Shown here: positions 1 to 12,908 of the stretch, piece by piece
Numbering within the stretch: position 1 is the first letter of the stretch
Layout: each line of letters opens with the position of its first letter
NCBI GenBank assembly: GCA_963782055.1
Contig: CAWAIF010000003.1
Location: forward strand, 448,001 to 512,000
Reading direction: 5' to 3'
Source: an uncultured delta proteobacterium
Lineage (GTDB): Bacteria > Myxococcota_A > Polyangia > Polyangiales > Polyangiaceae
DNA: 64,000 nucleotides
Translations under genes and position numbers: made by a program
The notes under the pieces: model-generated
Told to the model about the DNA's origin: nothing
Database searches by the model: none
What the model saw: only the letters and a program-made list of their open reading frames with translations

Positions 1-31
1 AGACGAGGTCCAAGGGGGCTCTCGCTCGCCG

Positions 32-715
32 TCACGCCGCGCGGAGCACGGCCCCGAAGAGGCGTCGCCCGTCGTCGCCGCCGAGGATCGCCTCGCTCAT
101 GCGCTCGGGGTGGGGCATCAGCCCGAGCACGTTCTTCCTGGGCCCGCCGTAGACGCCGGCGATGTGGGCGACCGACCCGTTCGGGTTGGCCCGCACGTCC
201 AGGTGGCCGTCGCGGGTGCAGTAGCGCAGGGCGACGCGCCCCTCCGTCTCCAGCTTCGCCAGCAGCTCCGGTGACGCCTGGTAGCGCCCCTCCGCGTGGG
301 CGATGGGCAGGCGCCACACCTCGTCCAGCTTGGGCGTGAACGGCCCCTTCGCCGCGACCTTCACGTACCAGTCCCCGCACTCGAAGCGCAGGTGGGCGTT
401 CTGCGTGAGGGCGCCCGGCAGCAGCCCTACCTCGGTGAGGATCTGGAAGCCGTTGCAGACGCCCAGCACCCAGCCGCCGCGCTCGGCGTGGGCGCGGATG
501 GCGCCGACGATGGGGCTCGCCTTCGCCAGGGCGCCGCAGCGCAGGTAGTCGCCGTAGCTGAACCCGCCGGGGATGGCGACGAAGTCGGTCCCCGCGGGAA
601 GGGCGGTATCCGTGTACCATGCAACCTTCGTCGGCACCCCGCACACGTCGCGGATCGTGCGGATCATCTCCGCGTCGGCGTTGAGGCCCGGGAACAGCAC
701 GACGGTCGCCAGCAT
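32..715 (-). CDS. purQ: Phosphoribosylformylglycinamidine synthase glutaminase subunit
   Basis: [28 protein letters not shown] (catalytic Cys), PIAHAEG, NPNGS and GLMPHPER motifs. Start trimmed to [10 protein letters not shown] (ATG at 715). Confidence 0.96.
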   Translation of the reverse strand: MLATVVLFPGLNADAEMIRTIRDVCGVPTKVAWYTDTALPAGTDFVAIPGGFSYGDYLRCGALAKASPIVGAIRAHAERGGWVLGVCNGFQILTEVGLLPGALTQNAHLRFECGDWYVKVAAKGPFTPKLDEVWRLPIAHAEGRYQASPELLAKLETEGRVALRYCTRDGHLDVRANPNGSVAHIAGVYGGPRKNVLGLMPHPERMSEAILGGDDGRRLFGAVLRAA

Positions 716-815
716 CGGGCCCTGCTCTAGCACGGGACCCGCCCCGCCGCGACGCGCGCGGGCCCGCCGCCGACACTGGCGGCGCGGCGCGATACCCGCT
801 AATCGAGAGCCCCCG

Positions 816-3188
<2,373 letters not shown>

Positions 3189-3338
3189 GAGGATCCCCCT
3201 GCCCGGTCGCGAGGGCTCATCGACCGGGCCGCGGGCCGCGGCGCGCTCGCGCAGCAGGGGCGCGCGCGGCGGGAGCTGTCCCCGGGATCTGTGATACCCT
3301 TTGCGCTGGGCGATTGCTTGCGCCCGAGACGCCGTCCG

Positions 3339-4325
3339 ATGTCCAAGGCCCCCTCGCCCCTCCTGGGCTACAACAACAACGTCCGGCACAAGAACCGGGT
3401 GTTTCACATCCAGACGGAGGACTCGGGGATCAAGCACCCGCACGTCATCACGCACCTCTTCATGGATGGCGGGCGGATCCTCAAGTCGATCAAGACGAGC
3501 TACGCCGAGCACGTCAAAAACGAGAAGCTGGGCGACGTCGTCCGCCAGATGATGAAGGAGCAGCACAAGGCCATGTTCAAGGCCTTGCGCGATGGCTCGC
3601 TGGACCCGGTGATCGAGGACGCGCTCGTGGGGAGGGTGAGCCGCACCAGCCTGCCGCCGATGCGCCCGCCCGCCGCGACCATCCCGGACGAGGCGCCGCC
3701 CGCCACCACCCGCGAGCCCCCGCTGAACGAACGCACCGACCCGAGCTCCGCGCCGGTCATGCCCATCCCGCCGGCGCAGGACCTGACGCTGGACCTGGAG
3801 GCGCTGGAGCGCGCATCGGAGGAGCCGGTGCCCTCCTTCCGCCCTGCCAACGACCTCCCGCCGCCGCCGGCCAACCTCTTCCGGAGCGCGCAGGGCTCGG
3901 AGCCCGGCACCGGCCGTTACCGCAACCTGCGGGAGGACGCGCCTGCGCCGGAGGAGCACGTCAAGTCGTCGCGCGCGCCGCGCTCTCGCAGCGACCGCCC
4001 CAAGCCCCGGAGCGAGCGCCCGCGTCGGGAGTCAGCGCCCTCGCGGCCCGACCCGCGCGCGGAGCCGCCTTCGGAGCCGCGCCAGCCGGTCGCCGAGCCG
4101 GCCAGCGCGCGGGGACGCAAGGCACCCTCCCGGCCGCCGGCGCGCGCGCCCTCGCGGCCGCCGCCCGCCACCGAGCGCCATGCCCCCGCGCGGCCCGCCG
4201 CCATCTTCGGGCAGGCGCGCCCACAGCAGGCCTCCATCTTTGGAGAGGACATCATCAGCGACAAGTCGCTGGACGAAGTGATCCTCAGCTACCTCGCGGA
4301 GGATCTGGAGGACGGTTCGAAGTAG
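3339..4325 (+). CDS. Hypothetical protein: ordered N-terminal domain, Pro/Arg-rich linker, short acidic C-terminal motif
   Basis: Typical codon bias. N-terminus LGYNNNVRHKNRVFHIQTEDSG and C-terminus FGEDIISDKSLDEVILSYL resemble myxobacterial hypothetical proteins as I recall them. Confidence 0.75.
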   Translation: MSKAPSPLLGYNNNVRHKNRVFHIQTEDSGIKHPHVITHLFMDGGRILKSIKTSYAEHVKNEKLGDVVRQMMKEQHKAMFKALRDGSLDPVIEDALVGRVSRTSLPPMRPPAATIPDEAPPATTREPPLNERTDPSSAPVMPIPPAQDLTLDLEALERASEEPVPSFRPANDLPPPPANLFRSAQGSEPGTGRYRNLREDAPAPEEHVKSSRAPRSRSDRPKPRSERPRRESAPSRPDPRAEPPSEPRQPVAEPASARGRKAPSRPPARAPSRPPPATERHAPARPAAIFGQARPQQASIFGEDIISDKSLDEVILSYLAEDLEDGSK

Positions 4326-4564
4326 CCGCTGCGAGGTGGGACGGGGAGCCTCCCCGGCGCTGTCGTCACGCGACGGAGCGCTAGCACGCTGACAATCCGA
4401 CAGGCTTCGCGCCGCCCCACCGCCTGCCTGTCGAATTGGGGGCTTCAGCCCCCGAAATTGGCCGCTTCCAGAGGGCTGCCTTCCGGATTCCGCGCACTTC
4501 CGGCCTGTCGGGAAGTAGACACCGGATGGCTCTGATTCCTCAAAGATTTTCGTGCGTTCACCCC

Positions 4565-4593
4565 TTGCATCCGCCGCCGGTTGGCCCCATTCT
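4565..4593 (+). promoter_or_regulatory. sigma70-type promoter for the candidate sRNA
   Basis: TTGCAT (4565-4570), 17-nt spacer, CATTCT (4588-4593); predicted +1 at about 4600. Confidence 0.6.
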
Positions 4594-4599
4594 TTTTCT

Positions 4600-4740
4600 C
4601 GTACGCAGACACGCAGCTGTAGGGACGAGCCCCCTCCTCCGTTCTTGCAGTGCGACTCGTGGGCTTGCGCGAGCCCCCTCCCCCACCGCGTGAGCCCCCG
4701 CGCCCGGAGTAGCCAAGCTGCTTCGGGCGCGTTTTTTTTG
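4600..4740 (+). ncRNA. Candidate small RNA with two C-rich-loop hairpins plus a terminator
   Basis: Hairpin 4612-4654 (loop AGCCCCCTCCTC), hairpin 4661-4697 (loop AGCCCCCTCCCCCAC), terminator 4699-4739. G-U wobbles work only on the + strand. Confidence 0.72.
4699..4739 (+). terminator. Rho-independent terminator
   Basis: CGCGCCCGGAGTAGC-CAA-GCTGCTTCGGGCGCG stem followed by T8. Confidence 0.88.
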
Positions 4741-4770
4741 TCCGCCGTCCACCGGCGCGCCGGGAGCCTC

Positions 4771-6585
4771 TCAGGGCGTGAAGGTGACGTCCATGTCGGC
4801 GGAGCCGCCGCCCGCAGGGACCCCCTGCACCACCGTGCCCGGCACGCTGTTGATGATGCAGTTGCCGGCCCCCTGCAGGAAGTCCGGCACGCCCATCGCC
4901 ACCTTGGTGATGTGGCCGTCACCGCCGATGTCCACGTGAAGCTTGCCCGTATACGCGTCCGCCTTCGCGCCCGAGCGCAGGGCATCGCGGTAGCACCGCG
5001 TGAAGGAGGCGTTCAGTGACATGAGCGCGCCGCGCACGGCGTGGTTGTCGATACCGCCCGTCGTCTGCACGTTGCCGAGCCGGACGCTGCCCGGCCCCGA
5101 CGGGGGCGGAGCTCCCGCCTCGACCGCGGGCGCGGGAGGCGCGACGCTGGCGGGCGGCGCGGCGCTCGCGACCGTGGTGGCGGTCGACGCCGACGCGGCG
5201 GGCGTGCCCGACGCGCGGGCCTTCGCCGACACGACGGCGAGCGGTGTCGCCGAGCCGTGCGGCGCCGCCGACGCGGAGGGGGACGCGATGGCGGCGGAGT
5301 CCACCGGCGTCACGTCGTCGCTGGCCACCGCCACGGGGGAGGTCGCGTGCTCGGCGCTCGCCGACGCGATCGCCGAAGGTGCCGTCCCCGCCTGCGCGCT
5401 GCTCTGGAGCTTCTGGTAGACGAAGTAGCCGCCTGCGCCCACCACGCTGAAGAGGCTCATGGCGAGCAGGTAGCCCGTCCACCGGCGTGGCACCCCCGCG
5501 GGCCGCTCCAGCGCCTCGGTGCCGATGGGCGTGACCTTGCTGGCGGAGGGCTGCATCTGCGCGGCGGCCGCCCTGAGCTGGGCGGCGTCCAGCGGCACCG
5601 TCGCCGCGCTGGCGAGGCTCGCGCGCGCCCCCGCGAGCGCCGGGTTGCTGTCGGTCGCCGTCGGCAGGCTGCGCGGGAGGATGCCGCCCTCGATCGCCGT
5701 CTTGAGGTCGGCGCGCATCTCGCGGGCGCTCTGGTAGCGATCCTCCCGCTTCTTCTGCATCGCCTTGAGGCACACCGCCTCCAGGTTGGCGTTCACGCCC
5801 GGGTAGATCTCCGAGGGCCGCGGCGGCTCCTCGGTCACGTGCTTGAGCACGATGCCGATGGCGTTCTCCGCGTCGAAGGGCACGCGGCGCGTGAGGAGCT
5901 GGAAGAGGATGACGCCCATCGAGTAGAGGTCGCTGCGCGCGTCCAGCTTCTCGCCGCGTCCCTGCTCCGGAGACATGTACTCCGGCGTGCCGACGACGAG
6001 CCCCTTGGTGGAGAGGCGGCCGGCGGTGTCCTTGCCGTCGACGTCGCGCGACTCGCTGATCTTGGCGATGCCGAAGTCGCACACCTTGACGATGTCGCGC
6101 TCGCGCCCCTCGTCGTCCTTGCCCGCGAGGATCATGATGTTCTCGGGCTTGAGGTCGCGGTGCACCACGCCCTGGTCGTGCGCGACGGCGAGCGCGGCGA
6201 GCCCCTGGATCAGGATGTCGACCACCCGCTCGTCCTGCAGGGGCCACGAGGACTTGAGCACCGCGAACAGGTCGGTGCCGTCCAGGTACTCCATCGCGAT
6301 GTAGAGCAGACCATCGGGCTCCTCGCCGAAGTCGATGACGCGCAGGGAGTTGGGGTGGTCCAGCTTGGAGGCGGCCCGGGCCTCCCGCTTGAAGCGCGCG
6401 ACGAACTTCTCGTCCTTGGCGATGTCCCGGTGCATCACCTTGATGGCGACGACCTTGTCGAGCACCACCTGCCGCGCCTTGTACACCGCGCCCATCGCGC
6501 CGGCCCCGACGAAGGACTCGATCGCGTACTTGCCCGCGACCTTGCGTCCGAGGAGCGACTCGTCAGGCCCTTCGCGCGTGGACAT
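4771..6585 (-). CDS. Membrane-anchored Hanks-type Ser/Thr protein kinase with a C-terminal extracytoplasmic (AgmX/PglI/TonB-C-like) domain
   Basis: GAGAMGAVY, VAIKVM, HRDLKPEN, DFGIAK and GTPEYMSPEQ motifs; TM segment YLLAMSLFSVVGAGGYFVY; C-terminal FTRCYRDAL...CIINSV. Confidence 0.93.
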   Translation of the reverse strand: MSTREGPDESLLGRKVAGKYAIESFVGAGAMGAVYKARQVVLDKVVAIKVMHRDIAKDEKFVARFKREARAASKLDHPNSLRVIDFGEEPDGLLYIAMEYLDGTDLFAVLKSSWPLQDERVVDILIQGLAALAVAHDQGVVHRDLKPENIMILAGKDDEGRERDIVKVCDFGIAKISESRDVDGKDTAGRLSTKGLVVGTPEYMSPEQGRGEKLDARSDLYSMGVILFQLLTRRVPFDAENAIGIVLKHVTEEPPRPSEIYPGVNANLEAVCLKAMQKKREDRYQSAREMRADLKTAIEGGILPRSLPTATDSNPALAGARASLASAATVPLDAAQLRAAAAQMQPSASKVTPIGTEALERPAGVPRRWTGYLLAMSLFSVVGAGGYFVYQKLQSSAQAGTAPSAIASASAEHATSPVAVASDDVTPVDSAAIASPSASAAPHGSATPLAVVSAKARASGTPAASASTATTVASAAPPASVAPPAPAVEAGAPPPSGPGSVRLGNVQTTGGIDNHAVRGALMSLNASFTRCYRDALRSGAKADAYTGKLHVDIGGDGHITKVAMGVPDFLQGAGNCIINSVPGTVVQGVPAGGGSADMDVTFTP

Positions 6586-6665
6586 CCGTCTGCCAGTCTA
6601 CCGAAGGCCCGGCGGCGTCGCCACCAAACGCGTTGACGATCCTCGCGAGATTTCCCGGCGAATGC

Positions 6666-7860
6666 TCAGCTCTGCCGGCGCAACGAAGCGTTCGTCGCGG
6701 CGTCCCAGAGCTCCGCGTCGCCGGGGCGCAGCGCCGACACCATCTCCGCCACGTCGCGCGCGGCGTCGCCTCGAACGATGCGCTCGCGCGCCTCGCCGTC
6801 GCCGGTGAGCAGATCGAACGCGGGCACGTCGTCGCGGAACTCGTAGCGCTCGGTGCGGAAGACGAAGCGCTCCGGCGCGTGATGATGCGTGAGCGCCACC
6901 AGCGCGACGTACGTCGCCACGGGCCGGAACGAGCGCGCGTCGGTGACGTGGATCTGGACGCCGCCGCACACCTCGCCCGCGTGCTTGTGGAACGTCGGAC
7001 GGAAGGTGATCGGTCGCGCGACGAAGCCGGGCAGGCCGAGCGCCCCGAGCTCGCGGGCGAGGCGCTCGCCGTCCACGAAGGGGGCGCCGGTGATCTCGAA
7101 GGGGCGGGTGGTGCCCCGCCCGTCCGAGAGGTTCGTCCCCTCGAGGAGGCACCCACCGGGGTAGACCAGCGCGGTGGCCGGTGTAGGCATGTTCGGCGAA
7201 GGTAAGATGAAGTCACGGTCCCACCCGGTCGCAAGCAAGCTCCGGTCCCAGTCCGCGCGGACCACCGTGAGCGTCTCCGGCGGCCACCCTTCCACCTCGG
7301 CCCGCCAGGCCGCGATCTCGCCCGGCGTCAGCCCGTGACGCACCGCGATCGGCTCCAGGCCAACGAAGGAGCGGTAGCGCGCTGACTGCGAGCGGCCCTC
7401 GAGCGTCAGTTTGTTGCCGCCCGTGGGGTTGGGCCGGTCGAGCAGGACGCCGCGCACACCCGCCTTCGCGCACGCCCGCAGGGCGAGAACCGCGGTCCAC
7501 ACGAAGGTGTAGTAGCGGGCGCCCACGTCCTGCAGGTCGATGACCAGCGTGTCGATCTGCGCCGAGATCCTCCGGCCGAGGTGACAGGTCGTCGAACCGC
7601 TCACCGTAGAGGCTCCGCACGGGTGTGCCGCTGGTGTCCCGGGCGTCGGTGACGCCGATCATGTCCTGCGCCTCGCCCCCGTAACCATGCTCCGGGCCGA
7701 AGATCATCGCGGGGTGGTGGCCGTACGCGCGCAGCGCCGCCGCGATGTGGACCAGCTCGCGGGTGACCGCGGCAGGGTGGGCGAGCAGGCCGAGGCGTCC
7801 GGCGAGGAGTTTGTTTTGGAGGTCGGCCGAGGCGAGGAGGCGATCCAGGCCGGTGTGCAT
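6666..7860 (-). pseudogene. DUF1343/NamZ-like exo-beta-N-acetylmuramidase split by a +1 frameshift near 7562 (real or assembly error)
   Basis: The N-part (TGLD, FGPEHGY.G, SLYG) is in ORF 7213-7860. The C-part (DLQDVGARYYTF, LDRPNP, RHGLT.GE, PSPNMPT, EGTNLSDGRGTTRPFE) is in ORF 6666-7604. Removing one C at 7562-7563 joins them. Confidence 0.85.
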
Positions 7861-8001
7861 GGGCCACCGTTAGCACGCTTGCGATCCTGGAGGGCACGGG
7901 GGATCCGGACCCTTTTTGCGCAGCTCGTATGCCTAATTTCAGCCGGTTACCGTGAAATGTTTGTCCGGGCTATGCAATTTGTATCTGCTAGCCTCTGGAG
8001 C

Positions 8002-9366
<1,365 letters not shown>

Positions 9367-9388
9367 CGGCGCCTGGTAGCGTGGCCTG

Positions 9389-10780
9389 GTGGCCTACGAC
9401 TACGACCTGATCGTGATCGGCGCCGGTCCGGCCGGCGAGAAGGGGGCCGCGCAGGCCGCCTACTTCGGCAAGCGCGTCTGCATCGTGGAGCGCGAGCCGG
9501 AGCCCGGCGGCGCGGCGGTGCACACCGGGACGCTGCCCTCCAAGACGCTGCGCGAGACGGCGATCTTCCTCTCCGGCTACCGGCAGAGCGAGCTCTACGG
9601 GCTCACCGTGAGCGTCAACCCCGAGCTCGCGGTGCCCAAGCTGCTCTCGCGCAAGGACGCGGTGCGCGAACTGGAGGTCAAGCGGATCAAGTGGAACCTG
9701 GATCGCCACGGGGTCACGCAGCTGGTGGGCGCCGCGCGCCTCACTGACCCGCACGCCGTGGAGGTGCGCGACACCGCGGGCGACGTGGTGGAGCGCATGA
9801 CCGGGGAGGTCGTGCTGGTGGCGACGGGGTCGGCGCCCTACCACCCGCCGAACATCCCCTTCGACGACGAGGACGTGGACGACTCCGACACCATCCTGCT
9901 GCTCGACCGCCTCCCGAAGAGGATGGTGGTGGTGGGCGGCGGCGTCATCGGCTGCGAGTACGCCTCCATGTTCGCGGCGATGCACGTCAAGGTCACGCTG
10001 GTGGAGGGCCGGCCGCGCCTGTTGCCCTTCCTCGACGCCGAGATGGGCGACCGGCTGCGCGGCGCCATGGCGGGCCTGGGCGTGGACTTCCGCATGGCCG
10101 CGCGCACCGCGAGCGTGACGCGCGAGGGCGCGGAGATCATCGTCGTGCTGGAGGGTGGGGAGCGCCTCGCGTGCGACCGGCTGCTCGTCGCATCCGGCCG
10201 CGGGGGCCGCACCGCGGGGCTCGGTCTGGAGGAGGCGGGCGTGTCGCTCGACAAGCGCGGCTACGTGCAGGTGAGCGAGCACTACGCCACCGCGGTGCCG
10301 AGCGTCTACGCGGCGGGCGACGTCATCGGCTTCCCGGCGCTGGCGTCCACGTCGATGGAGCAGGCGCGGGTGGCGGTGTGCCACGCCTTCGGCTTCACCT
10401 ACAAGAAGCAGGTCTCCCACCTGCTCCCGTACGGCGTCTATACCATCCCGGAGGTGAGCTGCGTCGGCTTCTCGGAGGAGCAGGCGAAGGAGAAGGGGAT
10501 CGACTATGTCGTCGGCCGCGCCTTCTACCGGGACAACGCGCGCGGCAAGATCATCGGGGACAAGGACGGCGTCATCAAGCTCCTGTTCGACAAGGCGGAC
10601 CGCAAGCTCGTCGGGTGTCACTGCATCGGCGACAGGGCGAGCGAGCTGGTGCACATCGGTCAGGCGGTCATCACCCTGGGCGGCACGGTGGACACCTTCA
10701 TCGAGATGGTCTTCAACTACCCGACCCTCGCCGAGCTCTTCAAGTACGCGGCCTACGACGCCCTGGCGGGCCTCGCGTAG
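9389..10780 (+). CDS. sthA: Soluble (Si-specific) NAD(P)+ transhydrogenase
   Basis: GAGPAG FAD motif; HTGTLPSKTLRE without the dithiol pair; GGGVIGCEYAS; GDVIGFPALASTSMEQ; FNYPTLAE. Confidence 0.88.
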   Translation: MAYDYDLIVIGAGPAGEKGAAQAAYFGKRVCIVEREPEPGGAAVHTGTLPSKTLRETAIFLSGYRQSELYGLTVSVNPELAVPKLLSRKDAVRELEVKRIKWNLDRHGVTQLVGAARLTDPHAVEVRDTAGDVVERMTGEVVLVATGSAPYHPPNIPFDDEDVDDSDTILLLDRLPKRMVVVGGGVIGCEYASMFAAMHVKVTLVEGRPRLLPFLDAEMGDRLRGAMAGLGVDFRMAARTASVTREGAEIIVVLEGGERLACDRLLVASGRGGRTAGLGLEEAGVSLDKRGYVQVSEHYATAVPSVYAAGDVIGFPALASTSMEQARVAVCHAFGFTYKKQVSHLLPYGVYTIPEVSCVGFSEEQAKEKGIDYVVGRAFYRDNARGKIIGDKDGVIKLLFDKADRKLVGCHCIGDRASELVHIGQAVITLGGTVDTFIEMVFNYPTLAELFKYAAYDALAGLA

Positions 10781-10820
10781 CGAGCGCGCCAGCGTGCGAG
10801 CGCAATCAGGTGCCACTGCT

Positions 10821-10990
10821 GCCCGACGCGCAGCGGAGGCCCCGCATGGAGAGGGGCCCCGCCCAATTCACTTGGGCGGGGAGGGGCGGCGCGTGCCGGG
10901 TCGCTAGCGCCCGACGCGTAGCGGAGGGCCCGCGTGGGGAGGGGCCCCGCCCAATTCACTTGGGCGGGGAGGGGCGGCGCGTGCCGCCCC
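10821..10990. repeat. Two tandem copies (period ~88 nt) of a GC-rich palindromic REP-like element
   Basis: GCCCGACGCG.AGCGGAGG...GGGGCCCCGCCCAATTCACTTGGGCGGGGAGGGGCGGCGCGTGCCG begins at 10821 and 10909, between convergent genes. Confidence 0.85.
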
Positions 10991-10992
10991 TG

Positions 10993-12561
10993 TCAAGGAT
11001 AGGCCTTCTTGATGGCGTCGGTGCACTGCTTGTCGACGCCCTTGCAGATGCCGTAGAGCAGGTTGCGCTCGTCCGGCGTCGCCTTGCCGCTGAAGACGCG
11101 CGGCTCGAGCAGCGCCCGCGCGCTGGAGATCTTGCCCGCCAGGATGAGCTCGCGCGCCTGGCCGGCGACGCTCCCGCGGTGCGTGACGTGCGTGGCCGTC
11201 GCGGTGGGCACGGTGTGCGTGGCCGTCGCGGTGGGCACGGTGTGCGTGGCCGTCGTGGTGGGCACGGTGTGCGTGGCCGTCGTCGTGGGCGCGGTCTCTG
11301 TCGGGGCCTCCGTCGCCGTCGGGTTCGTCGACTGCGCGGCGTCCAGCTCGGCGAGCTTGCTCGTCGCGATGTTGCGGCGGCTCTCCGGGACGGTGTCGGT
11401 CGCCTCCACCTGGTGCAGGAGGCTCCGCTTCTTCACCGGATCGGTCTCCTTGTCGGCTCGGTCCAGAAGGGAGTCGGCCCACTTGGTCTCGATGTTCTGG
11501 AAGTCGGTGGACTTGCGGAGCGGCGACTCGTCGGCGATGCCGACCATGAGCTTGTCGTGGGCGACGTCGCACTTGCCGTCGTCGCAGAGCTGCTTGGCGG
11601 CCTCCAGCGCGAGCTGCTCGGGGTCCTCGATCGCGCTCGGCACCGGGCCGTCGGGGCCGGGCGCGCTCTTCCTCTCCTGGTAGATGGCGACGCCGGCGAC
11701 GAGGCCCCCCGCCAGCACCACGCCGAGGAGGATCCACGGGATCAGGCCGGCGCCAGGCTTGCGTTCGGCCGCCCGGTACGAGCCCGGAGGCCTGTCGCTG
11801 ATGGCCTCGAGCTGCTGGCTGTCGCCCACGCCGGGCAGGAAGATCTGCCCCGCGCCGACGAAGCGGAAGCGGACGTCGCCGAGCTCGATGACGTCGCCCG
11901 GCTCGATGATGCTGCGCCGCAGCTCGGAGGCGTTGATGCGCACGCCGTTGGACGAGCCCTTGTCCACGATCTCGTAGCGGCCCTCCCCGAGGGAGTGGAT
12001 CTCGCAGTGCAGGCGCGACACCGAGTTGTGGTTGACCGAGATGGTGGCGTCCTCCGCCCGGCCGATGGTCACGCGCTCGTCGGTCAGCGGGTACTCGGCG
12101 CCGGGCGTCGGGCCGGCCAGCATGACGAGGCGGTTGGGCCGCTCCATCAGCATCGCGGCTCGGTTCATCACGCCCGTCGGCACCGTGGACTTCATGTCCT
12201 GGGTGGTGCCGCCCGGGCCGGGGGCCACGCCCTCCACCAGGGCGTCGTCCTGCATGATGATGCGGTAGTCGCCGATCTGGATCAGATCGCCGTGCTGCAA
12301 CTCCTGCGGCTGCGCCACGCGCAGACCGTTGACGTAGACGCCGTTGTAGCTGTCCAGGTCTTCCAGGTAGTAGCCGGACTGCGGAGGCGCGGCTGGCGCG
12401 CTGGTGCCGTTGGTCTTGTGGACCTTGGCGTGGTCACGCGAGACGTTGCGCTCCGTCAGGCGGATGGTGTTCCCCTCTTTGCGCCCGATCGTGTAGTCGT
12501 CGCGCGTCAGCGGCACGACGGTCCGCTTCCCTTCGTCGTCCTCGATGACCAGCTTCCACAT
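10993..12561 (-). CDS. Membrane protein with two FHA domains and a Thr-rich repeat stalk
   Basis: TIGR...NVSRDHA...SYNGVYVNG and TIGR...SVSRLHC...SSNGVRIN FHA motifs; TM LIPWILLGVVLAGGLVAGVAIY; TATHTVPT repeats. Start at MWKLVIEDDEG. Confidence 0.9.
   Translation of the reverse strand: MWKLVIEDDEGKRTVVPLTRDDYTIGRKEGNTIRLTERNVSRDHAKVHKTNGTSAPAAPPQSGYYLEDLDSYNGVYVNGLRVAQPQELQHGDLIQIGDYRIIMQDDALVEGVAPGPGGTTQDMKSTVPTGVMNRAAMLMERPNRLVMLAGPTPGAEYPLTDERVTIGRAEDATISVNHNSVSRLHCEIHSLGEGRYEIVDKGSSNGVRINASELRRSIIEPGDVIELGDVRFRFVGAGQIFLPGVGDSQQLEAISDRPPGSYRAAERKPGAGLIPWILLGVVLAGGLVAGVAIYQERKSAPGPDGPVPSAIEDPEQLALEAAKQLCDDGKCDVAHDKLMVGIADESPLRKSTDFQNIETKWADSLLDRADKETDPVKKRSLLHQVEATDTVPESRRNIATSKLAELDAAQSTNPTATEAPTETAPTTTATHTVPTTTATHTVPTATATHTVPTATATHVTHRGSVAGQARELILAGKISSARALLEPRVFSGKATPDERNLLYGICKGVDKQCTDAIKKAYP
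11185..11282 (-). repeat. Intragenic 24-nt tandem repeat encoding TATHTVPT
   Basis: GTGCGTGGCCGTCG(C/T)GGTGGGCACGGT repeated 3-4 times. Confidence 0.8.
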
Positions 12562-12788
12562 GGGGCTTTGGTTGTTCGCCTCGGACAGCAATGGGGGGAG
12601 GGGGCCAGGCACGACGGACAACATGACGTGAACCTGGCGGGCTTGTGAACCGTGTTCGGCGCCAAGTTTAGCGAGGGCGGCCCGCTTCACGCAACCAGTC
12701 CCATCGCGGCCCTGCGCGAGAGGTCGCACGGCGCCGCGAGTTCAGCCTCCCGATGGCCCACTTGCGGGGGCGTCCCGGCCCTCCAGCC

Positions 12789-12833
12789 TTGACGTGTGAT
12801 ACATGCCGTCTTATGTATCACGACGTGACACAA
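12789..12833 (+). promoter_or_regulatory. Promoter overlapped by a palindromic operator
   Basis: TTGACG (12789-12794), 17 nt, then TATGTA. Perfect inverted repeat GTGATACAT-N8-ATGTATCAC (12796-12821) plus a third half-site GTGACACAA (12825-12833). Confidence 0.6.
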
Positions 12834-12908
12834 CGAGCGAAGGGCAAGGGCCTCGAGCCGCCGAAAGGCGCCCGTCGCCCCGAGAAACCGGCGAGAGACG
12901 AGGATTCC

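Noticed and set aside
4600..4740. Identity as tRNA, 6S, SRP RNA or Pxr itself
   Set aside because: No cloverleaf or TTCGA arm, no SRP GGAA loop motif, no 6S long rod. The promoter is sigma70-like rather than sigma54, and I cannot show sequence identity to Pxr.
4436..4752. Short ORFs over the sRNA region (4436-4693 +, 4552-5019 +, 4558-4752 -)
   Set aside because: Atypical codon usage and no SD or motifs; the RNA structure and terminator explain the region better.
10821..10990. Tandem repeats as a CRISPR array
   Set aside because: Only two ~80-nt units with no unique spacers and no cas genes; a REP-like element fits better.
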